53,194 nt of DNA. Source: a bacterium (GTDB lineage: Bacteria; Bacillota_I; Bacilli_A; RF39; UBA660). Below are positions 36,846-47,525 of the stretch, piece after piece. Position 1 is the stretch's first letter; every line of letters starts with the position of its first letter. The DNA lies in the NCBI GenBank assembly GCA_963588075.1, contig CAVAGO010000002.1, positions 1-53,194 of the forward strand, read 5' to 3'. The notes beneath the pieces are model-generated. The model was given only the letters and a program-made list of their open reading frames with translations, ran no database searches and had not been told where the DNA came from. The translations under genes and the position numbers were made by a program.

Positions 36846-38522
36846 TTATTCTTCGAATTTCCATTCTTTGTTATTGAATACTCCTTTAGGTAGGAGTCTT
36901 ATGTCTCCGATTACTGCTAAGCTAACGAATGACAGATTCATGAATGGATCAACGTTTGGATTAGTGATACTTGCTGATTCTTTCATTTTTTTCATTATTT
37001 CGATTACTTTCATAGGATTTTCATCTGTCATTAGGTTTGATATTGGTAAAGGTAGAGATGCTAGTACTTGACCATTTCTTACTACTATTTTACCACCTTG
37101 AATTTTACGTATTTCATTTGCTACTAAGGCGATGTCTTCGTCGTTAGTACCTGCTATAATACAGTAATGGGAATCGTGAGCTACTGTTGTACCAATGGCT
37201 CCACTTGTTAGACCAAGTCCTTTTAGGTAACAGATACCTGTATGCATAGTTCCGTTGTGTGGTTCGATGACTACTATTTTGACTATGTCGTTTTCTATAT
37301 CGTAATCAGTTACTTGGCCTTCATCTGTTGTAATAAGTTCTCCTGGTACTAGACCGATTACTTTTTGGGGAGTTCCTTTACAATAAAAGTTTTCTTTGGT
37401 AACTGGTTGCATGTTGATACGATTTCTTACTTTTTGTTCTAGGTCTTGTGATACTGGGTTTGGTATCCAGTTAGATATTATGTCTTCTGTAAGGAGTTTT
37501 CCTTCTTTATAGACGTTTTCGATAGTACAAGATTCTAGATTACTTAGGATAACTAAGTTAGCTTTTTTACCTACTTCGATACTTCCAATATCAGATAGTT
37601 TAAAGTACTTGGAAGCATTATATGATGCTGTTATGTATGCATCTATTGGAGATACTCCTAGTTTAATAGCTTTTCTTATTATAGAATCGATGTGACCATC
37701 TTCGTAGATTTCTTCCGGGTGTTTGTCATCTGTTGCAAATGTTACTCTACTTTGGTATTCAGGATTGTTGATTAATGGGTATAGAGCTTCTAGGTTTTTA
37801 GCTGCTGTCCCTTGTCTTATCATGATATAGAAGTTTTTATCTAGTTTTTTTGCTATATCAAGTTTTTCTTGAGCTTCAGCAAGAGTACGACATTCATGGT
37901 CTGATTCGATACCAGCTGATATATATTTTTCAAAGTCTGTTCCTAGTAAGCCTGGAGCATGGCCATCAACAATAAGGCCTTTGTCTTTAGTTATTTTTAT
38001 TTTAGCTAGAACTTCTGGGTCATTGTTAATAACTCCTGGGTAGTTCATCATTTCTGCTAGACCTAAGATACGACCTGTGTTGTCTAGATTGAAACAATCT
38101 TGAACATCTTTACTATCTAAAGTATAAGCAGATTCATCGAATGGAGATGCTGGAACACAAGAAGATATCATTACATAGACATCTATTGGAAGATTTTTTG
38201 TTTTTTCAATCATCCATTTTATTCCGTCTTTTCCACTTACGTTAGCTATTTCGTGTGGGTCGGTAACTACAGCAGTAGTTCCGTGAAGTGAAACCATTTT
38301 AGCAAAATCTACGGGATTTATAATACTACTTTCTAGATGGATGTGACTGTCTATAAATCCTGGTACTAAGTATTTACCTGTGCATAATTGGATGGTTTCT
38401 CCTTGAAGGGTGTCTCCTATTTCTGCTATTAGATTATCTTTTATAGCAATATCTCCTGTTTTAAATGTTTTAGTGTGGACATCTAAGTATGAGATATTCT
38501 TTAATATTAAGTCATATTTCAT
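36846..38522 (-). CDS. ade: Adenine deaminase
   Basis: PGFIDSHIHLESS amidohydrolase motif. The ~560-aa size is typical of AdeC-type enzymes, and the gene is adjacent to a purine permease. Confidence 0.8.
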   Translation of the reverse strand: MKYDLILKNISYLDVHTKTFKTGDIAIKDNLIAEIGDTLQGETIQLCTGKYLVPGFIDSHIHLESSIINPVDFAKMVSLHGTTAVVTDPHEIANVSGKDGIKWMIEKTKNLPIDVYVMISSCVPASPFDESAYTLDSKDVQDCFNLDNTGRILGLAEMMNYPGVINNDPEVLAKIKITKDKGLIVDGHAPGLLGTDFEKYISAGIESDHECRTLAEAQEKLDIAKKLDKNFYIMIRQGTAAKNLEALYPLINNPEYQSRVTFATDDKHPEEIYEDGHIDSIIRKAIKLGVSPIDAYITASYNASKYFKLSDIGSIEVGKKANLVILSNLESCTIENVYKEGKLLTEDIISNWIPNPVSQDLEQKVRNRINMQPVTKENFYCKGTPQKVIGLVPGELITTDEGQVTDYDIENDIVKIVVIEPHNGTMHTGICYLKGLGLTSGAIGTTVAHDSHYCIIAGTNDEDIALVANEIRKIQGGKIVVRNGQVLASLPLPISNLMTDENPMKVIEIMKKMKESASITNPNVDPFMNLSFVSLAVIGDIRLLPKGVFNNKEWKFEE

Positions 38523-38533
38523 ATAATTCTCCT

Positions 38534-39895
38534 TTATCCAATTGCTTTATATATGAAGTCTAATATAAATAGAATAGTAAATATATAAATTATTGGAGAT
38601 ACTTTTTTACCTTTACCATTAACTAGATTTACTAATATATAGAAGATAAATCCAAATTGGATACCTGTTGTTATCGAGTAAGATAAAGGCATCATTATGA
38701 TAATAAAGAATGCTGGAATTGCTACTAACATGTCTTTCCAATCTATTTTAACTATGTTATCTATCATAGATAGACCAACGAAGATTAAGACTGGAGCGAT
38801 AGCTGCCATAGGTACACAAGCAACGATTGGAGCTAAGAATAAAGAAAGGATAAAACATAAGGCAGCGAATACTGCTGTTAAACCTGTTCTTCCTCCGGCT
38901 TCGATACCTACACTACTTTCTACATATGTAGTTACGTTACTAGTACCTAGTAGAGCTCCAACGATAGTTGTTGATGAATCACATACTAGGGCTTTTTCTA
39001 AGTTAGCAGGCATGTTACCATCTTTATCGATTTTGAAGATACCTGATTTTTTACCTGTACCAATGAATGTTCCGATTGTATCAAATAAGTCAGATATTAC
39101 TAAAGTAAAGATTGTCATGAATACGACAACTAAACCAGCTTTTGCTGTGAATAAACCTTGGAAATCTAGTTGTAAGAAAGTTGGTTCAATAGATGGAATT
39201 AGTGTGTAGTTACTAAAATCTGGTAAAGTTGTTACACCGAATAACAATGCTACTATTGTAGTAAGTAAGATTGAAATAAGGTATGAGTTTTTAACTTTCT
39301 TAGATACTAGGACACCTGTGATAAGTAAGCCGATTAGTGAGACGATAACTGATGCGTTGTTGAATGTTGTTAATTGAGGTACTACGTCTCCTGCTGCGGC
39401 GATACCATTAGTTGTACTTGATACTGAGAATTCTAGTAAGCCAGCACTTTTAACACCTATATAAGTAATAAATAAGCCGATTCCAACTGTGATAGCATCT
39501 TGCATAAATTCAGGGATTGCTTTGATAACTCGTTTTCTAATACTTGTTACTGTTATTAGAACGTTGATTATTCCACAAATTAAGACCATTGCTAGACCTT
39601 GTTGCCATGTGAATCCTAATGTACCACAGATTGTATAAGTAAATAAGGCATTAAGACCAAGACCAGCACTTTGGACATACGGAACATTGGCGATGACACC
39701 GATTAAGAATGTTCCAATAGCAGATGCTAAGATTGTTGCTACATATACGGAATTGTAATCCATTCCAGTTAATGAAAGTATTGAAGGATTAATGAATATA
39801 ATATAAGAAATTGCCATAAATGTTGTTAATCCTGCAATAAATTCAGTGAAAACAGTAGTTTTGTTTTCTTTTAGTTTAAATATTTTTTCTAACAT
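38534..39895 (-). CDS. NCS2/AzgA-family purine (adenine/guanine/hypoxanthine) permease
   Basis: 453-aa polytopic membrane protein with an N-terminus typical of PbuG/AzgA-like permeases. Confidence 0.75.
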   Translation of the reverse strand: MLEKIFKLKENKTTVFTEFIAGLTTFMAISYIIFINPSILSLTGMDYNSVYVATILASAIGTFLIGVIANVPYVQSAGLGLNALFTYTICGTLGFTWQQGLAMVLICGIINVLITVTSIRKRVIKAIPEFMQDAITVGIGLFITYIGVKSAGLLEFSVSSTTNGIAAAGDVVPQLTTFNNASVIVSLIGLLITGVLVSKKVKNSYLISILLTTIVALLFGVTTLPDFSNYTLIPSIEPTFLQLDFQGLFTAKAGLVVVFMTIFTLVISDLFDTIGTFIGTGKKSGIFKIDKDGNMPANLEKALVCDSSTTIVGALLGTSNVTTYVESSVGIEAGGRTGLTAVFAALCFILSLFLAPIVACVPMAAIAPVLIFVGLSMIDNIVKIDWKDMLVAIPAFFIIIMMPLSYSITTGIQFGFIFYILVNLVNGKGKKVSPIIYIFTILFILDFIYKAIG

Positions 39896-40010
39896 ACTTC
39901 CTCCTTAAGAGTGCTCAAACTACTCTTAAATAGATTATATCATTGGAAATGTTAATTTTGGTTTATTTCGTTTTTAGAACGTTAAAGAAGTGTAGATATA
40001 AAGATAGACA

Positions 40011-40039
40011 AAAGAAAAAGGCTAGGTTTTCCTATCCTT
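40011..40039 (-). terminator. Terminator after the 140-aa ORF
   Basis: Stem aaggctagg/cctatcctt (one mismatch) with loop tttt, followed by a U-run on the minus-strand RNA. Confidence 0.55.
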
Positions 40040-40069
40040 TCTCTGTTATGTTAAGTTTTTATTTTATAT

Positions 40070-40492
40070 TTATTTATCATTTTTTGAATATTCAGATATT
40101 TTTTCTTGATAAAATCTTTTTATATTATTTGTAAAGTCATATGAACGACTTTCTAAGTAATCAATTACTAAGTCGACATGTTTTTCAAAATCAGGATGTT
40201 TAAGTTCCTTTACTAAGTATTTAGAAATAAGTTTATTGCCATTTACTCGATCTATATAGAATTGAAGTAAGTTAGTATCTCCTACTTTTTCTTTAGCTGA
40301 TTTAACTACTGTTAGTAATGTTTCGGTATTTAAATTGTTCTTAAATGTTGAATTAATAAGAATTAAAACACATCCGATAAATAATTTATCTGTACCATCA
40401 CTTGGAAGAGTTATCTTAGTAAATTCTAATAATTTATCTATTGTTTTTGATTTTTGATATTCATCATATATTTCCATTAATAATGTATTCAT
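40070..40492 (-). CDS. Hypothetical helical protein
   Basis: 140-aa ORF downstream of the secreted C39-like protein. Confidence 0.4.
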   Translation of the reverse strand: MNTLLMEIYDEYQKSKTIDKLLEFTKITLPSDGTDKLFIGCVLILINSTFKNNLNTETLLTVVKSAKEKVGDTNLLQFYIDRVNGNKLISKYLVKELKHPDFEKHVDLVIDYLESRSYDFTNNIKRFYQEKISEYSKNDK

Positions 40493-40544
40493 ATGTCACC
40501 TCACATAACTATTATAAAGTAATTTAGGTATTGGAGTAAACTTT

Positions 40545-42341
40545 CTATTTATGAATTAAAATAGTATCGCCTTTTTCTATTTCGTTATATATATTGCTTA
40601 CTATTTCATCTGAAGCATTAGAATTATAATAATTTGCGCTACTAAACATATTTTGCCAGCCAGTTTGAGTATCGAATAAAATTAGATTCATCTTTTTATT
40701 TAAAACTGAATAGAAGCCACTTCTTGGTTGTTGGACTTTCTTAACGTTATTAGCATGTGTTGAATAGATTTGTTCACCGGCATTGTAGTAATATAATTGT
40801 TCACTACTTTTATCGATTACTAAGCATTTATCTTCGATTACACTAGTATTTTTCTTTGGTATAAAACCAAAGTTTCTTTCGTTTGTTAGAACAAAGTACC
40901 AATCATTATATTCACCAATAACTCTAGCTGTTTCGTATTTTTCTAATAAATCTAGTGAAACGAATTCAATACCATTTCCACAACGAAGTTCAGTATCTGT
41001 TTCCATATAAACTGTTTTAGTAGTTGATAATTCTGATAATTGAAGTTCTGGATATAGTTCTTGGACTGTTTCCAGTAATGAATCAACATGAACACTATTA
41101 ACATAACCAATTTTACCATTGTATGAAATTGTTAACCATCCATTTTCGGCTATTGAAATAACTTCTAATTCTGTAGATTTTTCAATTTTTGTAATAGTTT
41201 CTGATGAATCCGTTGGTAATGTTTTTAATTCAGTACTTAGTGTTGTTACTACAATGTCATTGTATTTAATGTGATTGCACTCAGACATTTCAGTATTTGT
41301 ATCTTTTGTATAAGAAACTAATTTTGTTTTTATATAACCTACATATTCATTACATTTTACTAAGTCCCAACCATTACCTGTGGAGAAGATTCTTGTAACT
41401 TCGGAATTTATATCTAAATTAGTAATGATTGGATGATATTCAGAGTCACTTGATCTTAAACTTGTTTCTTGATTTGTGAAACCTATGTAGTTAGTGTTAT
41501 CTGAATTACTTGTTGTTTTATTTGTTTTTATTGATATTTCTTTATCACGACGATCGATAAATTCTTCTTTTTTATCAAAGATGTATAAACCATTTAAACC
41601 TTGTGTTACTTCTTTTTTTGTGAAACCGTTAGTAAATCCTTCTACCATATTAGGTTTATATAGATTTTCAAGGTTTGGATCATTAACGATATACTTACCA
41701 TCTTCTGTTTTACCAGCAATAACAATAAAATGACCTGTATTAGTAAAGTATGAACTTCTACCCATTAAGGCGATTACCGGATGACCATTATCTAGAGCTT
41801 CATCTAAATGATCAATAGCAGCTTGACCACGATAAACTTCACAATTTAATTTTAGTTTTTTAATTCCTTTTTCAAATGCTGAAGCAGGACTTGGACCGCT
41901 ATCAAATACTGTCATCATATCTGGTGTTATTACTTCATCAAATAAATATGAAGAAACCATTGCTAAACTAGAAATACCACAACCAGCACTTTGAATAGTA
42001 CCACAAGAGAATTTATTTCCGTAGATAGTTTGAAAGTATTGAGGAATGACTGAACGATTAGAGAAAGTTTCATAATCATACAATTCATATAATCGAGTGT
42101 AGAATTTTTTAATTTGTTTATCTTCGATACTATTAAGAAATTCTTCTAGTGTAAGTTTCGTGTCATCAAGGTCCATACTGTCAACTGTGTTTTGTGTTGT
42201 TGAAGTAGTGACAGAAGAATCATTGTTTATTGTTGATGCTGATACTTTTATTGCATTTTGAATTTGACCACTTATAAAAATGGTTCCTGCTAGTATACTA
42301 GACATTAATCTATATTTTGTTATTCTTTTCATAACTATCAT
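40545..42341 (-). CDS. Secreted multidomain protein: C39-like cysteine peptidase domain, SH3b-like repeats and a degenerate YkuD-like C-terminus
   Basis: Signal peptide; SAGCGISSLAMV...GHFIVIAG..YIVNDPN (Cys/His peptidase pattern). The C-terminal region is homologous to 42423-43790 but lacks the HG..GC catalytic motif. Confidence 0.6.
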   Translation of the reverse strand: MIVMKRITKYRLMSSILAGTIFISGQIQNAIKVSASTINNDSSVTTSTTQNTVDSMDLDDTKLTLEEFLNSIEDKQIKKFYTRLYELYDYETFSNRSVIPQYFQTIYGNKFSCGTIQSAGCGISSLAMVSSYLFDEVITPDMMTVFDSGPSPASAFEKGIKKLKLNCEVYRGQAAIDHLDEALDNGHPVIALMGRSSYFTNTGHFIVIAGKTEDGKYIVNDPNLENLYKPNMVEGFTNGFTKKEVTQGLNGLYIFDKKEEFIDRRDKEISIKTNKTTSNSDNTNYIGFTNQETSLRSSDSEYHPIITNLDINSEVTRIFSTGNGWDLVKCNEYVGYIKTKLVSYTKDTNTEMSECNHIKYNDIVVTTLSTELKTLPTDSSETITKIEKSTELEVISIAENGWLTISYNGKIGYVNSVHVDSLLETVQELYPELQLSELSTTKTVYMETDTELRCGNGIEFVSLDLLEKYETARVIGEYNDWYFVLTNERNFGFIPKKNTSVIEDKCLVIDKSSEQLYYYNAGEQIYSTHANNVKKVQQPRSGFYSVLNKKMNLILFDTQTGWQNMFSSANYYNSNASDEIVSNIYNEIEKGDTILIHK

Positions 42342-42422
42342 CCCTTTTTATAGTGGCTTATACTATCTTATATGAGGAGAAAAGTCAAATTTAATCAGAT
42401 AAAAACCCGGAGTTACCGAGTT

Positions 42423-43790
42423 TTATTTATGAACTAAGACTTTGTCGCCGACTTCAACTTCGTAGAATAATTTTTCTGCTATTTCATATGGTGTATTTAT
42501 GCAGCCGTGACTTCCATAAGTATGGTATAATTCGCTACCAAATTTTTTGCGTTCTGGTTGGTCTTGTACATAGAACATATAGCGCCAGTCGGCATCATGA
42601 ATTGCTTCGCCGGCATTGTAGTATAAACAGAAATCGACATGTGAACGATAAGTTTTATTATCAGTTAAATATGTATCTTCATCTTTGCGCCATATTTTGA
42701 ATAGACCAGTATCTGAAGGTGTTGAGTCTTTTCCTGTTGTTACTTCTGTTGTATAAATTAAATTACCTTCATTATAGTAATATAGTTGTTGACAGCTTTT
42801 ATCTACTACTATACATTTTTCTATTATTGATTTAGTGTATTCTTTACTAACAAAACCAAAGTTTCTTTCATTAGTCATAACGAAATACCATTCATCATAT
42901 TCTCCTAGAACACGAAGAGTTTCATATTTTTCAAGCATTAATAATTCTTCAAATTCAATGCTATTACCACTGCGAAGACGTAGTTTTGTTGTAGTATAAA
43001 CGATATCTTTTATTTCTAAAGATTCTAAAGCTAGTTCAGGATATAGGGATTGAACTGTATCATACATTGATATTGTGTATCCACCATGAACGAAACCTAT
43101 TTTTCCGTTATGTTGAACCATAAGCCAGCCATTATCAACAGTTGCTATTACTTGAAGTTCGGTTTCGATATTAAATACTTGAATTACTTCAGATTCAACG
43201 TTAGGAGCAACACGAAAGTTTAAAATAGATGTTGTTACCGCGATATCATTATGTTTAGTTAACAAGTATTCTGGTTGAATAGTTGTTTCTTCTGTTTGAT
43301 AAGATAAGTTTTCATTCTTAATATAGCCGAAGCTATCATTACATCTTACTAAGTCGTAACCATTATTACTTGTGAATATTTTAATAGCTTGTTCGTTTAT
43401 TTCAAGATTTTTTATTGTAGGATAAACTTCACCTGGACCTGATTTTAACTCTGTTTCTTCTGCTAAATAACAAGATTCATAATTATAAATAACTTCTTCT
43501 GTTGTTTCAGGGATTTCTTCCTCAACAGGTTGTTTACTTTCTTCTTGTTCTAGCTCTTCTGAAGTGTCATCAACAACGATTTCTACATCTATAGGAGTTT
43601 CTTCTAAATCTTTTAATTCTGAATCTGTTAATTTTATTTCACTGGGTGTTGTTGAAGATGTTGAATTGGTATTAGTTACTTCTGCTTTAGAACTTTTAAA
43701 TAAAGATAAATAATTACCTTTACAACCACTTAAAAACATCACACTAGCTAGTACACCAGTTGCTAATCTATATTTTGTCTTTCTTTTCAT
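42423..43790 (-). CDS. Lipoprotein L,D-transpeptidase (YkuD domain) with SH3b-like repeats
   Basis: Lipobox LSGC, and a C-terminal YGSHGCINTP catalytic motif. Confidence 0.75.
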   Translation of the reverse strand: MKRKTKYRLATGVLASVMFLSGCKGNYLSLFKSSKAEVTNTNSTSSTTPSEIKLTDSELKDLEETPIDVEIVVDDTSEELEQEESKQPVEEEIPETTEEVIYNYESCYLAEETELKSGPGEVYPTIKNLEINEQAIKIFTSNNGYDLVRCNDSFGYIKNENLSYQTEETTIQPEYLLTKHNDIAVTTSILNFRVAPNVESEVIQVFNIETELQVIATVDNGWLMVQHNGKIGFVHGGYTISMYDTVQSLYPELALESLEIKDIVYTTTKLRLRSGNSIEFEELLMLEKYETLRVLGEYDEWYFVMTNERNFGFVSKEYTKSIIEKCIVVDKSCQQLYYYNEGNLIYTTEVTTGKDSTPSDTGLFKIWRKDEDTYLTDNKTYRSHVDFCLYYNAGEAIHDADWRYMFYVQDQPERKKFGSELYHTYGSHGCINTPYEIAEKLFYEVEVGDKVLVHK

Positions 43791-43884
43791 TGAGTGTCAT
43801 CCCTTTTTAGTGGCAATATATTAGCTCATGTAAGAGAAAAAGTCAACTTTATTAAAAGAAAAAAAATTCGATTAAATCGAATCT

Positions 43885-44973
43885 TTATTTTTTTTGAATT
43901 TCGTGTTTATATGCGATTGCTAAAGTATCTTGTTCATTTTGAGTAAACTCTTCATTTGGTATTTCAAATGATGATTGGTAGATACCTAATTCTTTAATTA
44001 ATTCTTGTTGTTTAGCATATTCTTTTTGAATAGAAGATAAATGTTGACGTTTTTGTTCTTTAAATGATTCTATATCTTCTTGATAAATTGCTACTAACCA
44101 TCTTTTCATAATTCCATTAAAGTTAGCTTCAGTTGGATTTTTGGCAATAATTTGTCTGATTGTAGCTTGTAATCTTTCAAGAATTACAGATGATTCTATA
44201 CCTATTAAATTTGAAGCTGATCTTACACCATTAGCATAGTAAACTGGTGTTACTGTTTCTGTATTGATTCCTTTATCATTTAAAATGATAGCATCTTGTA
44301 ATAAAGAATTATTTAATAAGTCGATACAGAAATTGAAGATTAAACTATCTAACTCTGCTTGTAGGTCTTCTATTCTAAAACTTTCATCACTTAAAGTGTT
44401 CTTATGTTCAATAAGCATTTTTGTTAAACAATTTTGTAACCATTGAACTAATTTAGATTTTAGAGCAGGAATAATAATTCTTGATTTTTTTATACGTTCT
44501 ATTTTAGCTTCTAAAGATTTTTCTTTGGTTGTAGTAGTTTTTTCTAAATGATGGTAGTTTGCTTGAGCTTTTGATACTACGTATTGAGCATTTAATAATG
44601 ATTCTGCTTCAATAGAATCTATTGCTTCTAATACTCTTTCAATATGATTTTGGTTAGCTTCGATACTAGATTGTGCTTCATTACGTTGTACATACAAATC
44701 ACTTATTTCATATTTTGAACTTACTAGGTATTCTATTGATGTTCTCATATTATTTAAATTTTGATGTCTTCTATATTTAATATATCTTGTGAATAATTGA
44801 GACTCTTGTTCACTCATCATTTTGGCAACGATTTCTCTATCTAGTTCTTCTCCTGTTAATGTGGAATCTATTCCATGTTGTGTTAATAACTCAACGTAAT
44901 TTTCACTACTTTTTACTATTTTTATTTTTTCTAAGATATTTTTTACATCTTGTAACATTAATTTATCTATCAT
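43885..44973 (-). CDS. Hypothetical coiled-coil protein
   Basis: 362-aa ORF whose start abuts the stop of the upstream ORF. Confidence 0.45.
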   Translation of the reverse strand: MIDKLMLQDVKNILEKIKIVKSSENYVELLTQHGIDSTLTGEELDREIVAKMMSEQESQLFTRYIKYRRHQNLNNMRTSIEYLVSSKYEISDLYVQRNEAQSSIEANQNHIERVLEAIDSIEAESLLNAQYVVSKAQANYHHLEKTTTTKEKSLEAKIERIKKSRIIIPALKSKLVQWLQNCLTKMLIEHKNTLSDESFRIEDLQAELDSLIFNFCIDLLNNSLLQDAIILNDKGINTETVTPVYYANGVRSASNLIGIESSVILERLQATIRQIIAKNPTEANFNGIMKRWLVAIYQEDIESFKEQKRQHLSSIQKEYAKQQELIKELGIYQSSFEIPNEEFTQNEQDTLAIAYKHEIQKK

Positions 44974-46376
44974 TATTTTAGTCCTTTCTTTTGTGCTGGA
45001 TTAACGTCGTTTGGGTTGAATCCATATGATGGATTTATGATGTTTTTTAAACTATGGTATATTTTTTGTAATTCTTCTTCATCAAAACCTTCTAATAATA
45101 AAGAGGATTGATCGATTGTTGCAGCATTAAAGGCTTTTTCGTGTAATAAAGCTTGGCTATAACCTTTTTCTATTCCACTAACTAAAGCAACATTTATACC
45201 ACCTGATATTTTTATTTGTGATTCAAGTTCCTTTTGAATTTTTTCTATTTTAGCTTTATAGAAAGTAACTACTGATTTTTGGAATGCTAATAGAAATTTA
45301 GTTAAATCAGCATAAGTTGTTTCTTCACCATAAATTTGATTGAAATATTTATTGAAACATTCTGTTAATTCAATGGATTCTCCATCATTGGCATATGTTT
45401 CTTGGAAATAATCTATTACACCTGGTAATGCTGATAAATTTAAAAATAAATCACTTAAAACTTCTTTATTGTTTTCTTGAGATTTTGATTTTCTAAAGAA
45501 AGCGAATCCTTTTGGTTGTTCTTCTTCGAATGAACTTAAGTCGATATTCATTATAGCGTCAAGGAATGACATTAATTTATTATTTAAGTCAATTAATGTT
45601 TTACTTGCTTCTCTTGTTTTAGATTGATTATCTAATAAATCTTTACCATAATCGTTTACTCTTGCCATAGTTGAAGAATGTTCTGTGTATAATTCATTAG
45701 TTTCTTTTAGACTTTTTAGTTCCATATTTTGATACCAGTCAAAATACGCATAGTCGATTTTATAGAATGATTCAAGTAATTCTCTTACTGTTGCATCATC
45801 ATAATCCATTACTTGGTCGAATGATTCGATAGCACTAGTACATTTTTCTATTTCAGCAATTATTTGTTGATAAGATTCTGACTCTTTAGCTGCTTCACCA
45901 CGTACTCTTAACATATTTGAAGCTTTTGCTTTAAGTAATGATACTCTTTTATTGAAGGCGTTAGTTAACTTCATCTTTATTTTTATTCTTTTGCTAGATG
46001 GTTCTAAACTTTCATAATAGTGAGCTGTTTGAACTGATTTTAAAATAAGTTCTAATTGTTCAGCTTTAGCTAGATACTCTGGTTTTAAAATCGTTGCTAG
46101 AACATTACCACATGAATCTAAAGCTGCGTATTGGTTAATAAAATCAACATCTGCTTTGGATAGTCTATACATACGATCCATGCTTGGTGCAAATTGATTA
46201 ATTTTTACAGCTAACATTTTTTCTGCTACTTCTTTAGCAATAAAACCTTTAGAAAAATCACTACTTATTAATGATTGGCATTCATTGTATTTTAATTGAA
46301 TTTTCATTATTCTATTTTGTAAATCGTTTATAAATTCTGTATATTCTTCGAAGTAATTATTTGATATTGTTGTCAT
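44973..46376 (-). CDS. Hypothetical all-helical protein
   Basis: 467-aa ORF with no TM segments and no recognisable motif. Confidence 0.45.
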   Translation of the reverse strand: MTTISNNYFEEYTEFINDLQNRIMKIQLKYNECQSLISSDFSKGFIAKEVAEKMLAVKINQFAPSMDRMYRLSKADVDFINQYAALDSCGNVLATILKPEYLAKAEQLELILKSVQTAHYYESLEPSSKRIKIKMKLTNAFNKRVSLLKAKASNMLRVRGEAAKESESYQQIIAEIEKCTSAIESFDQVMDYDDATVRELLESFYKIDYAYFDWYQNMELKSLKETNELYTEHSSTMARVNDYGKDLLDNQSKTREASKTLIDLNNKLMSFLDAIMNIDLSSFEEEQPKGFAFFRKSKSQENNKEVLSDLFLNLSALPGVIDYFQETYANDGESIELTECFNKYFNQIYGEETTYADLTKFLLAFQKSVVTFYKAKIEKIQKELESQIKISGGINVALVSGIEKGYSQALLHEKAFNAATIDQSSLLLEGFDEEELQKIYHSLKNIINPSYGFNPNDVNPAQKKGLK

Positions 46377-46481
46377 AATATCCCCCTCTTAAGCGAGGCT
46401 TATTCTAGCATAAAGTAGATTATTTGGCAATTTTTCCTAAGAAAAAAGCTCTTTGAGGAGCTTTATTTTGTTTAATTAATA

Positions 46482-46997
46482 TTAAATATTTTCGAAATAG
46501 TAGATGTTTTCTGGAAGATTAAGTCTTTTAAATACACCATCTTTTACATATACGCCACCTATATGTTTATAGAATTCGTTAGATGGATTTCCTTTTAAAC
46601 ATGCGATAATCATTTTATCACAGCCCATTTCTTTTAATTCTTTTATTGCGGTGTTGACTAGTTCTTTTCCATAACCATGACCTTTATACTTAGATATTAT
46701 ATAAAGAGCGATGATTTCTCCGCAATTGGAATATTCAGGGTCTTCTGCTAGACCAAAATTAACAAATCCTACTATATTATTATCTATTTCTAAAACAAAT
46801 TGATGGTTATTTTCTTCATTAAAGTTATTTAACATACGATTAGCTCGTTCTTGTTCATTAGTTTTTAATTCTTCAAGGAACCAGTCAGGAACTATCCCTT
46901 TATAGGTTTCATTCCAACCAACTGTTACAACATGAGCTATTGCAAAGCAATCTTCTTTTTGACGTCTTCTAATATTGTATATATCTGTATTACTCAT
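46482..46997 (-). CDS. GNAT family N-acetyltransferase
   Basis: YKGHGYGKELV acetyl-CoA-binding (Q/R-x-x-G-x-G/A) pattern. Confidence 0.8.
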   Translation of the reverse strand: MSNTDIYNIRRRQKEDCFAIAHVVTVGWNETYKGIVPDWFLEELKTNEQERANRMLNNFNEENNHQFVLEIDNNIVGFVNFGLAEDPEYSNCGEIIALYIISKYKGHGYGKELVNTAIKELKEMGCDKMIIACLKGNPSNEFYKHIGGVYVKDGVFKRLNLPENIYYFENI

Positions 46998-47442
46998 TTA
47001 TTGTGTATCCTAACTTAGTTAATTCCATTATAGCGATTTCTGATAAATCAGATTTTTTTAGTTTTGATATTGAGTAGAACTCTGCTCCTAGAGAATCATC
47101 ATTTTGTTCTGTTATAATAACTTCTTTTTTTATTTGGTTTTCATAATTATTTATTTTGAAGAAAATACCTGCATGGTGGACTTTTACTAGAATATTCTTT
47201 TCTTTGAAATCCCACTCAAAAGTAACGGAATCAGCATCAAAAAGTTCATAGGAGGTTATTTTGATTCCTACCTCTTCTTCTAATTCTCTTTTTAGAGCTT
47301 CTTCTGGTCTTTCACAGAATTCTATTGTGCCACCAGGTAAATCTAATTTACCATCGTATGGACCACCATGTTTTTTGATTAAAAGGATTTTTTCATCTTC
47401 AAGTACTAATCCATAAGCACCTAATTGTTTATATTCTTTCAT
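46990..47442 (-). CDS. NUDIX hydrolase
   Basis: Nudix box GGTIEFCERPEEALKRELEEEVGI. Confidence 0.85.
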   Translation of the reverse strand: MKEYKQLGAYGLVLEDEKILLIKKHGGPYDGKLDLPGGTIEFCERPEEALKRELEEEVGIKITSYELFDADSVTFEWDFKEKNILVKVHHAGIFFKINNYENQIKKEVIITEQNDDSLGAEFYSISKLKKSDLSEIAIMELTKLGYTINE

Positions 47443-47525
47443 AGAATCACATCCTTGTGGTTATTATATCACTAAAATATCTTTTTCTTAATTTAATAAT
47501 TAAACATGTTATTTAGAACATATTA

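Noticed and set aside
38697-39209. 170-aa plus-strand ORF. Similar antisense ORFs occur at 1494-1826, 25209-25928, 26624-26905, 29406-29765 and 34524-34910.
   Set aside because: All are antisense to well-supported conserved genes, have biased low-complexity composition, and lack motifs.
39896-40069. Possible purine riboswitch upstream of the NCS2 permease/adenine deaminase operon.
   Set aside because: I looked for the conserved purine-riboswitch core (the U-rich junction and the CCGUAAA / GUUUCUACC-like segments) on the minus strand and did not find it. Only a short hairpin next to the RBS and the upstream gene's terminator are present.
39943-40134. 63-aa plus-strand ORF in the intergenic region.
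   Set aside because: It spans a terminator and the 3' end of the minus-strand 140-aa gene. It has no RBS and is low-complexity.
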